This document shows, one piece after another, positions 60,108-64,000 of a stretch of DNA of 64,000 nt (positions within the stretch are counted from its first letter, which is position 1; the number at the start of each line of letters is the position of its first letter). Position numbers and translations under genes: made by a program. The stretch comes from Dicyema japonicum (taxonomy: Eukaryota > Animalia > Dicyemida). The notes under the pieces were generated by a model, which was not told the origin of the DNA, made no database searches, and saw only the letters and a program-made list of their open reading frames with translations. Location of the stretch: contig RDEW01000013.1 of the NCBI GenBank assembly GCA_011109175.1, positions 351,476-415,475 on the forward strand, written 5' to 3'.

Positions 60108-63100
60108 TTATCCACTAACATAATTTCCATTATTTGTCCGCCTTTTTCTATCGACGTACAATTTAACAAGCTTTAGTTGAAGATGATTGAGAGGGAAAAA
60201 CTCATACAACTGGTTACCCAACACAAATTGCATATCAACCAGACAGTAGACAGTATTCATCCTTATAGCACTCAGTTCATTATTGAATGTCTATAATAGT
60301 ACTATGAATATACCTCATTTAATGTGTCTATTAGTCCACTCATGTTATCTTTGAGTACATCCTCATCACAGTATGATATTAACTAACATATTACTATAAT
60401 AATACTATGCTTAGGAATTTCAGACTACAAAGAGAACACAATTCGTTCACTTGTTTAATCACCAACTGCAATAGGGTTGATTTTGAAGATTTTTCTATTA
60501 TCGCCTTTAAACAGGGACAGTCACGAATTTCCTAGACTAAGAAACAAAAACACCTTAAATCTGAAATCGTCTGAGTAAAAAGTAATCAACGAAATCACTG
60601 TCCTATTCAGATCTTTTGTAGAAAAGAAAATATTTTTAGCCAAGAACGTCAGAACTTCCAAGGCTGTCGAATACAGAGCATTCTAGAATGCATTCAGGAA
60701 CGTACCTCATTAATAGTGGATAGAATAGCCAGAAGCCTTGAAAGAATAACCTCAAATTTATCAGAATCAATCAAATGAGGAGAAACATTCAATATTGCTT
60801 TTAGATTAGTTCATCCAAATTGGCATCACATATATTACTAATATCAGTCTCTACATTTCCTATCAAATAATATAAATATAAAACTAGATGAATCACCGAC
60901 AGTAATCTCATCATGTTGTACGACAGTAGTCTCATCATGTTGATAATTAGTTAAAGAGTCCCCATTATTAAACCTAATAGAAGGAATTGAGTATTTAATA
61001 GAATATTGTTAATGACATCCTAAGGTTATACATAGTACATACAATATTATCACAGACATTTCCTCCACCAACTTTACATAATCTTCACCAAATTTTTCCC
61101 GATTTTTGATAATAAATGACATGGCTATCTCTTTTGATTTGGTTAATATAGGAGATTTGAGATATTCCAACACCTCATTCATAATTCCAATGAATGACTC
61201 ATCTCTCAAATGAATCCCCTCGTCCAACCGAAGTAATTCCATTAAATACTCAAGAATATAAGGCATCATCTACAATTACCGAATCAACTACATGACAGGA
61301 ATTCATCAAGAATTTGTCCCTCATTATGTGATGCAGTGTACTAAGAAGAGAATAGACGGGGAAAAAATTACTAAATTAATAACAAATCAAACTGCATTGA
61401 ACTTAAAAATGACTTTATATTCTTTTCGTTAGAAGTCAGCATTTTTGTACTCAGTTTTATGAATATTTGTTGTAAAAGAAGTCGTTCTGTCCCAGGATTG
61501 AGTCTCTCACAGTATTTTGTGAGAATTTGTTTGGTGACATTCAAACAACTCGTCATACTCTGTCAAATAAATAAGACTCTCACTATTTCAGAATCGTGTA
61601 CCAATTTGATGACGTGTTTCATTAATATTTCAACTTGTGAGTCACTATTGTAGTAATATATTGATTACTTAATTTCCTGGTTGTTTTCTATGTATTTCAA
61701 CAAATATCCAAGTCCAGTCCGACGATCAACTGATAATTTACTTGTAATTAATAAAATAATTTGATTCATATCCTTTAATAACAAAAAACCGTACAATTTG
61801 TGTTGTAGATAAATCCAAAGATGAATCAAACTTTTCTGTTATACTCTGAAATAAATAACAACCAAACCCTTTCACTCAGAGAAGTAGACCTTATTTTGTT
61901 TTTCCTTACTACAGATTATACATTAACAAAACCCTGGAAAATCCCTTTTCTAGAAACGGGTGTTCTTGGACCAGTCTCAACGGAGCAAACAGAAATGTCA
62001 GAAATGCTTTGTGCTCTACTTTTAGCTTTTTGAGTAGACGCAAATGATTTTCCCAAAGACTGAAACTTTTGAATGCCATATCCTTGACGCGGATTTCTCT
62101 TGTCTGCACTTAATGATTGATTCGGTATGATTGAGGTCCCAATAACCTTTTCTATTAGCTCAGTCTTGTCAATATCATTTGGCAAACTGTCCAACGTCTC
62201 AAGTTCTGACTTTATACCCTTTTGACGGGTTGAATCAAGCTTTGAGTACATAATTGAAGCATCTTTAGGAAAGTATGAAGCAAAACTCCAAAAGGCTCTA
62301 TTATGAGATTACCGATTTACTTTCTGCCAAATGCTCTAACTTGGGAGTCAGAATCTTCAATTGTCTTTTGGATAGTATTTTGAACTACATTAAGGCACTT
62401 CTCCCATATTTGGACAGACCATGTGTTTATTACACAATTCATCAACTCACTAGCGCATCTCCTAATAGGAGCTGACTTATCATCAATGGCCGTGCATAAT
62501 ATTGGTATTAGTTTATAAGATTTTGTATTCTAAATAATATTAAATGATTATAAAATACATTTATGACAAAATTAGCACAGATAATGCAGGATGAAGAGAC
62601 CACTTTGGCACTGTTTTGAACAAGATGAAGGATAGTAGATAAAATCAATTCAGCCATACTAACAAATCTTCCTTCAAATCTGTCAGACATGAACCTAAAA
62701 TATCAGAAATAACAACAAACGCGATTGTTATTGCCGATTCACGAACAACCTGTGATCGCAAATCACTGAGGGCAACCTTTATTGGCTGTGCCCAGGCACG
62801 GAGACTTATTGCATCAAATAAATCTGTGCATGAGTGGTTCTCCACTAAATAACGAAGTTGTTTGAGCTATAATGAACAAAGCAAATAGTACAGAGAGTAC
62901 ACGTGCCTCCCAATCAGCATTGTGGTTGCCTATTAATCCCTTCATTTTTAATAGTTTTTCATTCATGTCCTTACTCCCAGAACTCTAAAAGTCATCAAAC
63001 AACCAACCATAACAGGGACATTCTCACTAAAGGCTGTGAGAAACATTTGTTTGTCCAAAGCTCCGGCTTCTTTTACTAAGAATGAGAAGGTAAAAAACCA

Positions 63101-63945
63101 TCGGAAGTTGACGTTAATTTGGAGATAGATTTTGTCATAGGTTTGAGTTTTGTTACTTTCATAGGAGCATTAGTAGATGAGGTAGCAGAGAAATGCTTAT
63201 TTATTTGTGAAATCCTGAAATTAATATGAAATTACTTCTGAGCAGATAAATTTGAATTTTTGTTGACAATAGAACGCACTCGTGGGCCAAGGGATTGATA
63301 TGAAGTCACGAGTACTTCTATGGCAGCATTGTGAACGTCTAGAGAGGAATCATTAAGCATTCCACTGACAGAATTGACTAATTTGACGATTGGGTAGTCT
63401 TCTACCCCATGTCTGTTGAATATAAAAAGTTTACTTTTTGATGATTTCATTTACTGTGAGAAGGGACTGCTGTTTTATTCTGCTCAACCTGTGTGAAAAT
63501 GCAGACTCCAGAAGGCCAAGGATTGGCTGAATAAGTAAATAGAGGTACCTTAGGACCAGAGATATCAACCATGGCGAGAATAAGTTCACTCAGTTTTTCT
63601 TGAACAATAGCCCTTTGGTCGCCAAGTTTTTCAATGGCAGTTGTGACGACTAAAATAAGTGGTATGCTACCAATGAATAGGTGTGGTTTGAAAGAATTTT
63701 TCATTCTCTGAGATAATAGTAGGAGAATGTGAACAGCAGTGAGGGCGATCTTGTTCTTTAATGAAGACTACCTTGTGATTGCTGGAACGAAACCAGACAA
63801 CAATCCCATCAATGAGGATTTTGATATTGTCGCACATTATTGACAAAGTTTTATTTTTTAGGTGATTTATTAGTGCCGATCCGACAGTAGTTCTCACACT
63901 TATATCTGTGGACTGGACATCATTTAAGTACTGGTCGAGTGACAT
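60108..63945 (-). CDS. CLASP: CLIP-associating protein (CLASP/Orbit), TOG domains
   Basis: VWFRSSNHK, IEKLGD, DWEARV, DLRSQVVRESAIT, DSDSQVR..RK/AFW, C-terminal LKLVKLYVDRK. Confidence 0.9.
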
Positions 63946-64000
63946 TCTAAATTTATTTATAACCAAGAACTTAAACCTTACAGATAAGATTTTATTTCTA

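Noticed and set aside
60383-60385. In-frame TAG in a late CLASP exon suggesting stop recoding or editing
   Set aside because: Isolated, in low-complexity AT sequence; base error or a mis-called micro-intron is more likely.

Overview
AT-rich, compact animal genomic DNA. Genes are packed with ultra-short spliceosomal introns (mostly 20-30 nt) with almost no 5' splice-site consensus, including GC-AG micro-introns. This resembles a reduced parasitic metazoan such as a dicyemid or myxozoan, which the sequence alone cannot settle. Host genes: CAPZA, ABCC1/MRP1-like, BCAT, PCMTD, UBR1/2-like, GSK3, RPL24 (in-frame TGA), alpha-actinin, CFAP410/C21orf2, an unknown gene and CLASP. Intergenic DNA is mostly retroelements (Ingi/Vingi-like, RTE, R4/Dong-like, CRE-like) plus hAT remnants and a MITE. 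The most notable system is an Ingi/Vingi-like LINE-SINE family. It has a TSD-bounded full-length LINE with a 5' HDV-topology pseudoknot followed by an AUG-less 2A (GDVEANPG|P)-APE-RT frame. A 2-copy SINE carries the same pseudoknot with compensatory changes, and LINE and SINE share a covarying 3' hairpin + GGGG(G/T)TA(TAA)n tail. The assembly has homopolymer indel errors and a duplicated overlap at the N (10771), so single lesions need caution. Intron boundaries and homologies were assigned by eye.
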